A DNA stretch of 64,000 nucleotides from Thermoplasmata archaeon (GTDB taxonomy: Archaea > Thermoplasmatota > Thermoplasmata > Lutacidiplasmatales > UBA184). This document shows positions 8,461 through 17,860 of this stretch, one piece after another. Below the pieces are notes generated by a model. It was given only the letters and a program-made list of their open reading frames with translations, was not told where the DNA came from and did no database searches. The number at the start of each line of letters is the position of its first letter. Position 1 is the stretch's first letter. Both the position numbers and the translations under genes were made by a program. The stretch is taken from assembly GCA_021817245.1 (NCBI GenBank), contig JAKAVQ010000001.1:212265-276264 (forward strand), given 5' to 3'.

Positions 8461-10164
8461 CTACCAGCGGGCCGGACGCGGGCGGCGACCGCCCGAAGGC
8501 GCCGGTGCCCCGGACGAGGGCCGCCGCCGGGCGTTTCGGGGGCCGCCGCCCCGGCGATCGCCGCGGCCGAACCGGCCCCGCATGCGGTCGCCCCGGCCCA
8601 TCGGTTCGGCCAGGCGGGGCGGCGGTGCCTGACGGTAGTCAAACCCCGGCAACGTCGATCGGGGGACCGAGAAGCCGAGCAGACGCTCGATGCCTGCGAA
8701 ATCGGCCGCCTCTTCGGGCGCCAGGAGCGTGTACGCATCGCCGCGGCGCTGGGCCCGCGCGGTCCGTCCGACCCGATGGATGTACGCCTCGGGTTCGTGC
8801 GGCACATCGAAGTTCACGACGTGGGAGACTCCCTCTACATCGATCCCCCGCGCGGCGATGTCGGTCGCGACCAGCACGCGATGCTCCCCTCCCCGGAACC
8901 CTTCGAGCGCGCGCTGCCGCTGGCTCTGGCTCCGGTTCCCGTGGATGACCCCGGCCGACAGCCCCCAGTGGCCGAGCTGGCGGGCCAGTCGGTCGGCACG
9001 ATGCTTCGTGCGGGTGAAGACGAGCACGCTCGTCATCGTCTCGTCGGCGAGGAGCTCGCGGAGCAGGAGGGCCTTGAGGTGGCCGGCCACCGGCAACGCG
9101 AGGTGCGAGACTCCGACGGCGGCCACGACCTTCGGGTCGACGTGGACCATCCGCGGGTCGCGCAGGAAATCCCGCGAGAGACGGACGACCTCGGGCGGCA
9201 TCGTCGCGGAGAACAGCATCGTCTGCCGGTGGGTCGGCAAGGTGGCGAGGATGCGCCGCACATCGGGGAGGAAGCCCATGTCGAGCATCCGGTCGGCCTC
9301 GTCGAGGACCAGGATCCGCAGCTCCCGGAAATCGACGTATCCCCGTTCCATGTGGTCGAGCAGGCGCCCCGGCGTAGCGACGATGATCTCGGTCCCCCCG
9401 CGCAGCGCGCGGACCTGGGGCTCCATCCCGACCCCCCCGTAGACGGCGGCGCCGCGGACCCGGGTGTACCGACCGAGCTTTCCCAAGAACTGCTCGGCCT
9501 GCACCGCAAGCTCGCGCGTCGGGGTGAGGACCAACGCGTGGATCCGGCCGGGCGGCATATCGAGCGTGCGCTCCAGGATCGGCAGCAGGAACGCGGCGGT
9601 CTTTCCGGTACCGGTCTGCGCCGTCGCGACGACGTCCCGGCCGAGGACCGCTTCGGGGATCGCCCGGCTCTGGATCGGGGTCGCGGAGTGGTAACCCATC
9701 TCCCGAGCGCCTCGGCGGAGTTCCGGACGCAGCGGGAGCTCCTCGATGGGAACGTTCGTCGACTCGGGAGCGTCCCGAGACTGCTCGGTGTCGGACGTGG
9801 GCACGGGCTCTGCCCCCTCGACGGCAGATAACGCTTCGGTGTCCCCCACCCCATCGGCCGGTCGACTCGCGTTGACCGAATCCTTACCCGATGGGCGGGG
9901 CGGCGCCCCCCCCCGAGGCGTCTCAGGGTGTCGCTCCACGCCAAGATCGGGATCGTCTTCCTTGGGTTCCTGCTCGCCCTCGAGCCCGATCCCGGCCCGG
10001 TGCCGACCGACGCGCACGTCGCGTTGGGGATCGGGACCCGCTGGCGCTGGCCTACCGGAACCTCTCGTGCCCCCAGGACGACGCCACCGGCGCGGTTCGA
10101 GCGCGTCGCGTCGGCCTCGGCAAGCCTTGCGCTCCCGGCCGCGCTCGTCGGACGGGCCGTCCAA
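8461..10164 (-). CDS. DEAD-box ATP-dependent RNA helicase with C-terminal RGG/Arg-Gly tail
   Basis: Q motif (GYHSATPIQ), motif I AQTGTGKT, PTRELA, DEADRMLDMGF, SAT, HRIGRTAR. The C-terminus carries RGDRMRGRFGRGDRRGGGPRNARRR. The N-terminal ~138-aa acidic, low-complexity extension has no internal Met, so the start may be a downstream GTG/TTG. Confidence 0.9.
   Translation of the reverse strand: MDGPSDERGRERKACRGRRDALEPRRWRRPGGTRGSGRPAPAGPDPQRDVRVGRHRAGIGLEGEQEPKEDDPDLGVERHPETPRGGAPPRPSGKDSVNASRPADGVGDTEALSAVEGAEPVPTSDTEQSRDAPESTNVPIEELPLRPELRRGAREMGYHSATPIQSRAIPEAVLGRDVVATAQTGTGKTAAFLLPILERTLDMPPGRIHALVLTPTRELAVQAEQFLGKLGRYTRVRGAAVYGGVGMEPQVRALRGGTEIIVATPGRLLDHMERGYVDFRELRILVLDEADRMLDMGFLPDVRRILATLPTHRQTMLFSATMPPEVVRLSRDFLRDPRMVHVDPKVVAAVGVSHLALPVAGHLKALLLRELLADETMTSVLVFTRTKHRADRLARQLGHWGLSAGVIHGNRSQSQRQRALEGFRGGEHRVLVATDIAARGIDVEGVSHVVNFDVPHEPEAYIHRVGRTARAQRRGDAYTLLAPEEAADFAGIERLLGFSVPRSTLPGFDYRQAPPPRLAEPMGRGDRMRGRFGRGDRRGGGPRNARRRPSSGAPAPSGGRRPRPARW
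9906..9914. repeat. poly-C homopolymer (~9 nt) within the putative 5' region / N-terminal extension of the DEAD-box helicase gene
   Basis: GGCGCCCCCCCCCGAGG; encodes …GGAPPRP… if the annotated ATG at 10164 is used. Confidence 0.4.
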
Positions 10165-10531
10165 TCCGAGGTCGGGAGCTCCGCATCCGTGCGGCCCGGG
10201 CGATCCCGTTGGGACCTGCGGACCGTCTTCCTGTCGTGCTGGGGGTCGCGATCATGACCCAATCGGCGGCGGTCGCCATCGCCTTCGACATGGGGGAGAA
10301 CCGGGAGTTCGAGCCGGAGACCACCCCCGGGGGAGATCCCGCGGCCGGCCCCGCGTCGTTCCGAGGGCTCGATAGCTCCTCCCACGGGCCGCCCCCGCGG
10401 CTCGCGATCCGCCCGTGTCCGCGGGTCCGCTCCGGCCGCTCGACCGCCCGACCTCACGGCGGTGCCGCTCCGAAACGCCTTCTAGGGGAGTTCCTTGTCT
10501 GTCGGAACTTGGCGGAGATCTGAGGAGCACC

Positions 10532-11182
10532 ATGACCGAGGGACGGAAGGTGGGGATCCTGGGAAGCGGGACGGTCGCGCAGCGCCTGGGCCGCGGGTTC
10601 GCCGAGCATCGGTTCGACGTGATGCTCGGGACCCGGGACCCGAAGAAGCTCGAAGAGTGGAAGGCCGCGTCGCACGGAAAGGTATCGGTCGGGAGCTTCG
10701 CCGCGGCCGCCGCCCATGGAGAGATCGTGGTCCTCGCGACGGCCGGCAGCGGGACCGAAGCCGCGCTCGACCTCGCGGGCCCAGAGCACTTCATCGGCAA
10801 GCTCGTGCTCGACGCGTCGAACCCTCTCGACTTCTCGCACGGAATGCCGCCCGGCCTCCTCTACGGAACGTCCGACTCCCTCGGCGAGCGGGTGCAGCGC
10901 AAGCTCTCCCACGCTCGGGTCGTGAAGTGTTTCAACACCGTCAGCCACGCCCAGATGGTCGACCCCCACTTTCGGGAGGGGATCCCGTTGATGATGATCT
11001 GCGGGGACGATCCCGGAGCGAAGGCCGAGACCGAGAAGATCCTCCGGGAGCTCGGCTGGCCGGGCGCGCTCGACGTCGGCGGCATCGACGCCGCCCGGTG
11101 GCTCGAGGCCCTCGTCCCGCTCTGGGTCCGGGTCGGGGGGCGGCTCGAGACCTACGAACACGCGTTCCGCGCGGTCCGCTAG
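10532..11182 (+). CDS. F420-dependent NADP(H) oxidoreductase (Fno/NpdG-like)
   Basis: MTEGRKVGILGSGTVAQRLG Rossmann N-terminus, ~216 aa, similar to Fno/NADPH-dependent F420 reductases. GGAGATCTGAGGAG SD lies upstream of the ATG. The upstream part of ORF 10415..11182 is Arg-rich. Confidence 0.8.
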   Translation: MTEGRKVGILGSGTVAQRLGRGFAEHRFDVMLGTRDPKKLEEWKAASHGKVSVGSFAAAAAHGEIVVLATAGSGTEAALDLAGPEHFIGKLVLDASNPLDFSHGMPPGLLYGTSDSLGERVQRKLSHARVVKCFNTVSHAQMVDPHFREGIPLMMICGDDPGAKAETEKILRELGWPGALDVGGIDAARWLEALVPLWVRVGGRLETYEHAFRAVR

Positions 11183-11253
11183 AGGGCTTCCCGACGCGCG
11201 TGGCGGCCGAGCCCCTCTCGAGGTCCGACGCCGTGGCGCGATTCCCGGAACCG

Positions 11254-12006
11254 ATGGACGCGGAGGAGGAGACGAGCGTTGCCGACCTCCTTCCCGACTC
11301 TCCGTCGTGCTTCGTCGTCCGGTCGGTCCTGCACCGCCATGCCGGGCGGGCCTGGACGTCCGAGCCCGGGGACCCCCTCCGCGCGCTCGTGGTGGAGCGG
11401 GCGAACGGGTCGGGCTCCTGCTACTGCCTCGGAACGGACACGGTCGAGATCGTCCGTCTGCTCGGGGGCGCTCCCGAGTGGCGGTGGATCCGCTGCCTCC
11501 CCGAGCAGTCCGGGGCGCTCCGGAACGCGCTCGAGGCCGGCAAAGGCCGCCCGGTCCGGAGCACGCGCGAGCGCGTCCAGCGACTGATCGCGCCGGTGGT
11601 CCCCATCGCCCACCCCTGGGTGCGCCGGCTCGGGGAGGACGATGCAGAGCTTCTCGACGGAGCGGCTCCCGCGCTCCGGCCGGTCGGTTTCCAGTCGAGC
11701 CTGGCGGCGCTCAGCGGAGGGGTCGCGGCCGGGGCGATCGTCGAGGGGCATCTGGTCGGCTCGGTGTCGATGGGTCTCTCCTCGGCCGATCACGCCGAGC
11801 TCACCGGTGGTGTGCTCCTTCCCTGGCGAGGCCGCGGGATCGGGACCGCCTCCATCAGCCTCGTGGCCGCGACCCTCCAGGAGCGGGCTCTCATCCCGGT
11901 CTGGACGATCGACGACGACGACCCGATCGCACGTCGGGTCGCGGATAAGCTCGGATTCGAAACGTGCGGCGAAACGGTCCGGTTCGTGCGGGAGCCCCGT
12001 TCTTAG
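11254..12006 (+). CDS. GNAT-family N-acetyltransferase-like protein
   Basis: C-terminal ...GGVLLPWRGRGIGTASISLVAATLQERALIPVWTIDDDDPIARRVADKLGFE matches the GNAT acetyl-CoA binding core. Start taken at MDAEEETSV; the 5' part of ORF 10495..12006 overlaps the F420 reductase gene and was discarded. Confidence 0.55.
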   Translation: MDAEEETSVADLLPDSPSCFVVRSVLHRHAGRAWTSEPGDPLRALVVERANGSGSCYCLGTDTVEIVRLLGGAPEWRWIRCLPEQSGALRNALEAGKGRPVRSTRERVQRLIAPVVPIAHPWVRRLGEDDAELLDGAAPALRPVGFQSSLAALSGGVAAGAIVEGHLVGSVSMGLSSADHAELTGGVLLPWRGRGIGTASISLVAATLQERALIPVWTIDDDDPIARRVADKLGFETCGETVRFVREPRS

Positions 12007-12103
12007 GGGGTTGATCGACCGCCCGGGTCGCGGCCCAGACCCGGTCCGCCCGCCGGGGGGGCGCCGAGGCGCCCGGGAGGCTCTCTCGGCCCGGTCCAAC
12101 GGC

Positions 12104-14539
12104 TCAGGGCCCGGCGGACCGGCCACCGCGGCGCGGGAGTGGAGCCGCGGTCACCGCATAGTCCCGGCCTTCCCATCGATCGGCGAGCGGCCAGTAGAAC
12201 GTGAACCGCCAGCTCCTTCCGGACGCGCCGAGCGGCGCGAGGTCGACGTAGTGGAGGTCGAGCCCGGTCGCCCGCGAGTCGAGATCCGAGGAGGACCTCC
12301 AGTCGTCCTCGCTCGCGTGGAGCCGGAAGGGTACGTCGGCGACGACCCGCACGACGGCCGAAGGGTCGGCCCCGGCCGGACGTCGCCGGAACGTCCAGAC
12401 CTCGATCGGGGCGCCCCGGCCCCGACCGTGCGCGTAGCGTTCTGAGACTTCGGGAACCTGGTCGAAGATCCGGCCGTCGGCGACGGAGCGGAGGAGGGAG
12501 ATGTACTCGGCATGCGCCCACGCGAGCGGCATCGCCGCCTCCGTCGGACGCCCCAGCGCGAGGTGAAGGGCCGGGCGGTCGGTCTCGTCCCAGACCTGCT
12601 CGGTCAGGAGGCCGGTCGCCGTCGCGAACCGCTCCATCGCCGAGAGGTACGGGCCGGGATCACGCCCCAGGGCGAGCTCATAATGGCCACGCTCCCCGGT
12701 CAAGAGCGGCCATGCCCGGCCCACGCCCCAGTCGGCGTACGGCCCACCGTCGTCGCGTTCTCCGTACCCGTCGTGGTTGTACCGGCGCCACACGGGGCCG
12801 TACGGCGTATCGACCCGCAGGAGCCGGTCGACGACCCTCAACGAGTCGGCGACGAGCGAGTCGTCCGGCCGGCGAACGCCGTATCGGACGAGGTCGAGGA
12901 AGCCCGCGCTGACGATCTCGCTCGCGCGGAACCGTCGGGGGGCCTCCGGCGGGAGGTTCGGCAGCTCGATCCAGCCGAGGTCCGCGCCCTCGTCGGGTGT
13001 TGGGTCATCGGTCGAGACCGGACGGATGCGGACGTAGTGCTCCGGGACTCCCGGTAGGAGCGTGCCCCCGGTCGTGACCGTCCACGGCTCCACGTGGGAC
13101 TCGAGGAAGTCCGCGTACCTCTGAACGAACTCTGCTGCGACTGCGTCGCCCGCGCTGCGTGCGAACCGGGCCGCCTCGGTGAGCCCCGCGATGCAGGCAG
13201 CGAGGGTCGAGGGAGAGTAGCCGCCGACCTCCTCCCAGCGGTCCTGCTGCGTCACCGGTCCGTGCGTGATCAGGAACCGCGCGGCGCGACGGACCATCGG
13301 ATACGGGTCGAAGTCGGCGAGGCCGCCGGCGCGGGCGAGCTGGCCCGCGAGGAGGATCGGGAGGGCGACCTCGTCCAGCTGCAGGCCTTGCCAGTACGGC
13401 GTCCCGTCGACCCAGAAGTTCTGCGGAAAGCCGCCGTCCGGCCGCTGCCGCGTCGCGAGGTAGACGAGCGCCCGTCGCGCGGACTCGGTCGCTCCCGAGG
13501 CGAGCAGCGCCCGGGCCGTATGGACCATGTCTCGGGTCCAGACGAGGTGATAGCCGCCGCGGTCCTCGTCGGACTTCGCGGCGCCCCAGGGAATAGAGAG
13601 CGAGGCGATGAACGCGCCCGGGAACGCCTTGTCCTCGTGCGCCAGCAGGATCGCGCGGCTCGCTCCGTAGAGCCGACCGCCGTCCCGCGCGGAGGAGGCG
13701 AGGGGGCGAGCGCTCGCGGCGGCGCGGTCCCATTGCTCCGCGAACCGACGGGCATGCACGTCGAACGGTTCACTCATCGCCTGGAAGAGCGAGGTCACCG
13801 CGGACGGGACCGACGTCCCGAACGCGAGCGCGACCGTGAACTCCTCGGTCGGCGCCGAGACCGGCAGCTCACCGAGGAGCGCGACGTTCCCGTTCGGCGC
13901 CCGGTCGAACTCCCAGGTCATCGAGCGGTGGTGCGCAAGGTCCGTCCAGCCATCGCTCGCCCCCACGTAGCCGACCGAGCTCCGCACGAACGGACGACTG
14001 GCCGCAAGGACGAGCGCGACGCCGTCCTTCTCCACCGTGAGGACCTCCTGCCCCGCGATCCGCTGGACCGATGCCGAGTTCCCCCAACCCCCGACGTCCA
14101 GATGGGGGGCCCCGAGGAGGAAGAGTCGCAGCCGGTCGGTCAGCTCGGGGCGCCGCACCTCGAGACGGGTGTGGAGGAGCAGGCAGGGAAGATGGGGGGC
14201 AGCGATGATGGTCTTCTCGAGCCGGTACCGCCCCTCGGGCTCCTCCGATCGCACGAGGTACCCGAGCGCGTGGTCGGACAGGCGCTCGATCCGACGGACC
14301 AGGTGACGCTTCTCCTCATGGAAGAACGTGGCCCCGTCGGTGAAGAGAAACTCGAGGTCCCGCAGCTGGGGGCGGTCGATCCGGGGGAAATAGACCTCGG
14401 TGACGATCCCCCGCCAGAGGGTGAACCACAGCGGGGAGTCGGCCGAGTACGCGGTCCCGATCCCGTCCTTGTTGCTGTGGGACCACCGCGGCTCGATCCC
14501 CGGCGCACCGAACGCCACCCGGTCTCCCCGCGGTTCCAA
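12104..14539 (-). CDS. glucoamylase / glucan 1,4-alpha-glucosidase (glycoside hydrolase family 15)
   Basis: 811 aa. N-terminal beta-sandwich plus (alpha/alpha)6 catalytic region with GYHLVWTRDMVHTARALL (GH15 WTRD signature) and ...QQDRWEEVGGYSPSTLA... Confidence 0.85.
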   Translation of the reverse strand: MEPRGDRVAFGAPGIEPRWSHSNKDGIGTAYSADSPLWFTLWRGIVTEVYFPRIDRPQLRDLEFLFTDGATFFHEEKRHLVRRIERLSDHALGYLVRSEEPEGRYRLEKTIIAAPHLPCLLLHTRLEVRRPELTDRLRLFLLGAPHLDVGGWGNSASVQRIAGQEVLTVEKDGVALVLAASRPFVRSSVGYVGASDGWTDLAHHRSMTWEFDRAPNGNVALLGELPVSAPTEEFTVALAFGTSVPSAVTSLFQAMSEPFDVHARRFAEQWDRAAASARPLASSARDGGRLYGASRAILLAHEDKAFPGAFIASLSIPWGAAKSDEDRGGYHLVWTRDMVHTARALLASGATESARRALVYLATRQRPDGGFPQNFWVDGTPYWQGLQLDEVALPILLAGQLARAGGLADFDPYPMVRRAARFLITHGPVTQQDRWEEVGGYSPSTLAACIAGLTEAARFARSAGDAVAAEFVQRYADFLESHVEPWTVTTGGTLLPGVPEHYVRIRPVSTDDPTPDEGADLGWIELPNLPPEAPRRFRASEIVSAGFLDLVRYGVRRPDDSLVADSLRVVDRLLRVDTPYGPVWRRYNHDGYGERDDGGPYADWGVGRAWPLLTGERGHYELALGRDPGPYLSAMERFATATGLLTEQVWDETDRPALHLALGRPTEAAMPLAWAHAEYISLLRSVADGRIFDQVPEVSERYAHGRGRGAPIEVWTFRRRPAGADPSAVVRVVADVPFRLHASEDDWRSSSDLDSRATGLDLHYVDLAPLGASGRSWRFTFYWPLADRWEGRDYAVTAAPLPRRGGRSAGP

Positions 14540-14646
14540 AATCCCCCCGTCGCGGCGCCCACCGTCCCGGGGGACTTGAAGCTTCGTGAGGTCGCCGGGC
14601 CCGGCGGCCGCGGGGGGGCTTTTCTGTCGGAGATGTTCCCGGCGGC

Positions 14647-15501
14647 GTGGACCTGTCGCTCTTCCTCGTGCTGATGCTCCTCACCGGCATCGTCGCGGGC
14701 ATCGTCGGCTCCCTCACCGGGCTCGGGGGTGCGGTGATCGTGATCCCGGTCCTCGTGATCGCCTTCGGGATCGACTTTGCGACGGCCGCCGGGGTCGGAT
14801 TCGTGACGATCCTCACCACCTCTTCGACGACCGGCGCGGCGTACGTCCGGGACCGTCTCAGCGATCTCCGCATCGGGATGTTCCTCGAGATCGCGACCGT
14901 TCCCGGGGCGTTCTTGGGCGCCGCCGGCACCGTGCTCCTCGCCCACGCCGACCTCAACAGCGTGCTCCTGATCGCGCTCGGCGGAGTGCTGCTCGCGATC
15001 ATCCCCGGCACCCTCGCCCGCCGCAACGTCGAGCTTCCCGCGGGGATCGTCCCCGATCGGCGGTCGCGTCGCCTCGGGTTCGAGGGCAGCTACCACGACG
15101 TCGCGCTGAAGCGAGAGGTGGAGTATGCGGCGGGCGACACCTCCTCGGCGCTCGGGGTGATGTTCGGCGCGGGGATCGTTTCGGGCATGTTCGGGATCGG
15201 CGCCGGGGTGTTCAAGGTGCTCGCGCTCGAGCGGTACCTCGGGCTGCCGATGAAGGTGGCGACGGCGACCAGCAACTTCATGATCGGCGTCACCGCGGCG
15301 GCCGGCGCCGGGATCATGCTCTCCGCGGGGTACATCAATCCGGTCGTCGCGGCACCGGTGGCGATGGGCACCGCCCTCGGGGCGTACCTCGGGAGCCGAC
15401 TGCTCCCGAAGCTGAAGAACCGCACGGTGCGCCTCCTGTTCGTGCCGGTGGTCGCCGCGCTCGCGATCGAGGTCATTCTCCGAGGGCTCGGATTGCCGTG
15501 A
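14647..15501 (+). CDS. TauE/SafE (DUF81) family sulfite/anion exporter permease
   Basis: GTG start. Polytopic membrane protein with internally duplicated Gly-rich TM segments typical of DUF81 (…GGAVIVIPVLV…, …GAGVFKVLALERYLGLPMKVATATSNFMIGVTAAAGAG…). Confidence 0.8.
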   Translation: MDLSLFLVLMLLTGIVAGIVGSLTGLGGAVIVIPVLVIAFGIDFATAAGVGFVTILTTSSTTGAAYVRDRLSDLRIGMFLEIATVPGAFLGAAGTVLLAHADLNSVLLIALGGVLLAIIPGTLARRNVELPAGIVPDRRSRRLGFEGSYHDVALKREVEYAAGDTSSALGVMFGAGIVSGMFGIGAGVFKVLALERYLGLPMKVATATSNFMIGVTAAAGAGIMLSAGYINPVVAAPVAMGTALGAYLGSRLLPKLKNRTVRLLFVPVVAALAIEVILRGLGLP

Positions 15502-15920
15502 CGGCCCCGGAGCCGACGGTCGCCGTCCCCTCCCGCGAGCGGTCGCTTCCCCCGGAAGCGTACCGACGGATGACGCTCGTCCTCCGGGCCGGCCTTCTCA
15601 CCGCGCTCGTCCTGCTCGTGGCCGGGGTGATCGCCTACCGCTTCGTCGACCCCTCGGTGGGGTCGGGGGAGGTCGTCCGCTCGAACCCGATCGCCGGGTA
15701 CCTCGACCCCCTCGGCCTCGCCCACGGGCTCGCCGCCGGCTCGGTCGAGGCATATCTCACGCTCGGGCTTCTCGCCCTGATCGCGACGCCGATCCTCCGC
15801 GTCTTCTCGGGGTTCTACTACTTCCGGCGCGGAAGGGAGCAGACGATGGCGGCCGTGACGCTCACGGTCTTTTTGCTCCTGCTCGCGGGCCTCTTCGTGG
15901 TGGGGCCGTTCCTGCGCTAA
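15498..15920 (+). CDS. DUF1634-like small membrane protein (partner of DUF81 permeases)
   Basis: GTG start overlapping the TGA stop of the preceding gene (GTGA). 140 aa with 3 TM helices (LTALVLLVAGVIAYRF…, LLALIATPILRVFSGFYYF…, VTLTVFLLLLAGLFVVGPFL). Confidence 0.6.
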   Translation: MTAPEPTVAVPSRERSLPPEAYRRMTLVLRAGLLTALVLLVAGVIAYRFVDPSVGSGEVVRSNPIAGYLDPLGLAHGLAAGSVEAYLTLGLLALIATPILRVFSGFYYFRRGREQTMAAVTLTVFLLLLAGLFVVGPFLR

Positions 15921-17305
15921 GCGCGCGGAGACTCCTCCGGCGGGAGTGCGTCCACGGCCGACCGGACGAGCGCGAGCCCGCGCTCCGCGAGCGCCCTCGC
16001 GCGCGCCGGCTCCTTCGCCTCGGCGAAGACGCGGAAGAGCGGCTCGGTCCCCGAGGGGCGGAGGAGGAGCCATCCGCCCTCCAGCCACGCCTTGACGCCG
16101 TCCAGCGTCTCGACGCGCTCGCTGTCCTTCTGGAGGGCGAGCAAGACCCGTTCGAGGACTGCCGCGCGATGCTCCGCCGGGCAGGCGACCTTCTCCTTGA
16201 CGAGGGTGTAGTGGGGAAGCTCGGAGAGCACCTCGGCGAGGCCGGAACCCCGCCGCGCGAGCAGATCCAGGACCGCGGCGGCGGTCATCGCGCCATCCCG
16301 CGCGAGCTGGTGAGCCGGGAAGATCAGTCCGCCGTTCTCCTCGCCTCCAAACACCGCGCGCCGGGTCTGCATCTCGTGAGTGACCGCCGGCGACCCGATG
16401 CGGGTGTAGACGACCGAACCCCCGAAGGGCTGGATCGCCTCTTCGACGGCCTGGGAGCCCGACACCGGTGTCACGACGATCCCGCCGCCCGCCCGGGCGA
16501 CGGAGTCCCGCGCGAGGAGGGTCAGCGTCTCCTCTCCCGGCACGTACCGTCCGCTCCCATCGACGAAGACCGCGCGGTCGGCGTCGCCGTCGTGCGCGAT
16601 CCCGAGGTCGGCCCCGACCGTGTGCACGAACCGGGTGAGGTCGACGAGGTTCGCGGGCGTGGGCTCGGAGAGATGGCCGGGGAACGTTCCGTCGACCTGC
16701 GCGTTCAGCGAGACGACCCGACAGCCGAGCCGGCGGAGCAGCCGCGGGCTCGTCATCGACGACGCGCCGTTCCCGCAGTCGAGGACGACCGTGAACTTCC
16801 GCTCGGAGATCTTCCCGACATCGACCCGGCTCAGGATCCCTTCGACGTACCGCTCCCCGCCGGTCGGATCCGGCAGGATCTCCCCGATCCCCGAGAACCG
16901 AGCGGCCGGGGTGGCCGAGCGATCGATCCCGGCCTCGATGCCCTCCTCGAAGGCCCGAGGGACCTCGAGCCCGTCCGGCCCGATGACCTTCACCCCGTTG
17001 AACTCGGGGGGATTATGCGACGCCGTCAGGATCACGCCGAGCGCCGCGTCGTGTCGGGGGACGAGGTACTGCACCGCCGGCGTGGGGAGCAGCCCGACCT
17101 CCACGACCCGGTGGCCGCCGAGCGCGAGGGTGGCGGTCATGATGCGCGCGAACGCGGGGCTCGAGGTCCGCCCGTCCCAGCCGACCACGATCGGCCGGCC
17201 GGGCGGGACCATCGCCGAGATCGCCCCCGCGACCCGCGTGACGAACGGCGCGGTGAGCTTTTCCCCGACGACCTCGCGGATGCCGTTCGTACCGAAGAGC
17301 CGCAC
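15917..17305 (-). CDS. phosphoglucosamine mutase / phosphomannomutase (alpha-D-phosphohexomutase family)
   Basis: VRLFGTNGIREVVGE N-terminus (GTG start), catalytic TASHNPPEFNG, Mg loop DGDADR, sugar-binding GGEENGG. The 5' 167 codons of ORF 15917..17806 are Arg/Gly junk. Confidence 0.85.
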   Translation of the reverse strand: MRLFGTNGIREVVGEKLTAPFVTRVAGAISAMVPPGRPIVVGWDGRTSSPAFARIMTATLALGGHRVVEVGLLPTPAVQYLVPRHDAALGVILTASHNPPEFNGVKVIGPDGLEVPRAFEEGIEAGIDRSATPAARFSGIGEILPDPTGGERYVEGILSRVDVGKISERKFTVVLDCGNGASSMTSPRLLRRLGCRVVSLNAQVDGTFPGHLSEPTPANLVDLTRFVHTVGADLGIAHDGDADRAVFVDGSGRYVPGEETLTLLARDSVARAGGGIVVTPVSGSQAVEEAIQPFGGSVVYTRIGSPAVTHEMQTRRAVFGGEENGGLIFPAHQLARDGAMTAAAVLDLLARRGSGLAEVLSELPHYTLVKEKVACPAEHRAAVLERVLLALQKDSERVETLDGVKAWLEGGWLLLRPSGTEPLFRVFAEAKEPARARALAERGLALVRSAVDALPPEESPRA

Positions 17306-17383
17306 GGTCGCTCGAGCAACGGCGCACACGTTCCGACCTATAAAGGGCCCGAGGGTGCCCGTCCCGGGCTCGAAGGAGGAGGA

Positions 17384-17860
17384 ATGACGGTACCGCGCTG
17401 GCTGGCCGACGAGATGGTCGGACGCCTCGCGCGGTACCTGCGCTTCGTGGGCTGCGACACCCTCTACGTCCGCGGCCTCTCCGACGACAAGATCCTCGCA
17501 TGGGCGCAGCGGGAGGACCGCGTCCTGCTCACCCGAGACCGTCGGCTCGCGGCCCGCGCTCCGCGGAGCCTCCTCCTCGACAGCCCCGAGATCGGGGCGC
17601 AATGGCGCTCCGTCCGCCGCGCCTATCCCGACCTCCCGAACGATGTCCGCTTCGAGCGGTGCACCGAGTGCAACGGCGAGCTGGAACTCTACCGTCCCGG
17701 CCCCGAAGCGCCGAGAGAAGGTCCCGTGCCCTGGGACCGGGTCGACCGGGGCCTTCTGCTCTACCGGTGCCGAGCGTGCGGCCACCTCTATTGGGAGGGT
17801 TCCCACACCGCCAGCATCCGGAGCCGGCTCGCAGCCTGGGCGGATCTCGGAGCGCGATGA
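17384..17860 (+). CDS. Mut7-C RNase-domain protein (PF01927-like) with C-terminal Zn ribbon
   Basis: MTVPRWLADEMVGRLARYLRFVGCDTLYV…; CTECNGEL…CRACGH zinc ribbon. GAAGGAGGAGGA SD lies immediately upstream. Confidence 0.7.
   Translation: MTVPRWLADEMVGRLARYLRFVGCDTLYVRGLSDDKILAWAQREDRVLLTRDRRLAARAPRSLLLDSPEIGAQWRSVRRAYPDLPNDVRFERCTECNGELELYRPGPEAPREGPVPWDRVDRGLLLYRCRACGHLYWEGSHTASIRSRLAAWADLGAR

Noticed and set aside
10415-10531. Upstream extension of the F420 reductase ORF, and the 10495..12006 ORF's 5' 250 codons
   Set aside because: No protein-like composition (RRCRSETPSRG… / GTEGGDPGKRDGRAAPGPRVRR…). A strong SD precedes the internal ATG at 10532, and the GNAT domain begins only at 11254.
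16169-17383. 5' 405 codons of the 563-aa + ORF
   Set aside because: Antisense to the phosphohexomutase gene and Arg/Asp-rich. Only the terminal 158 codons (Mut7-C domain, with SD) look real.
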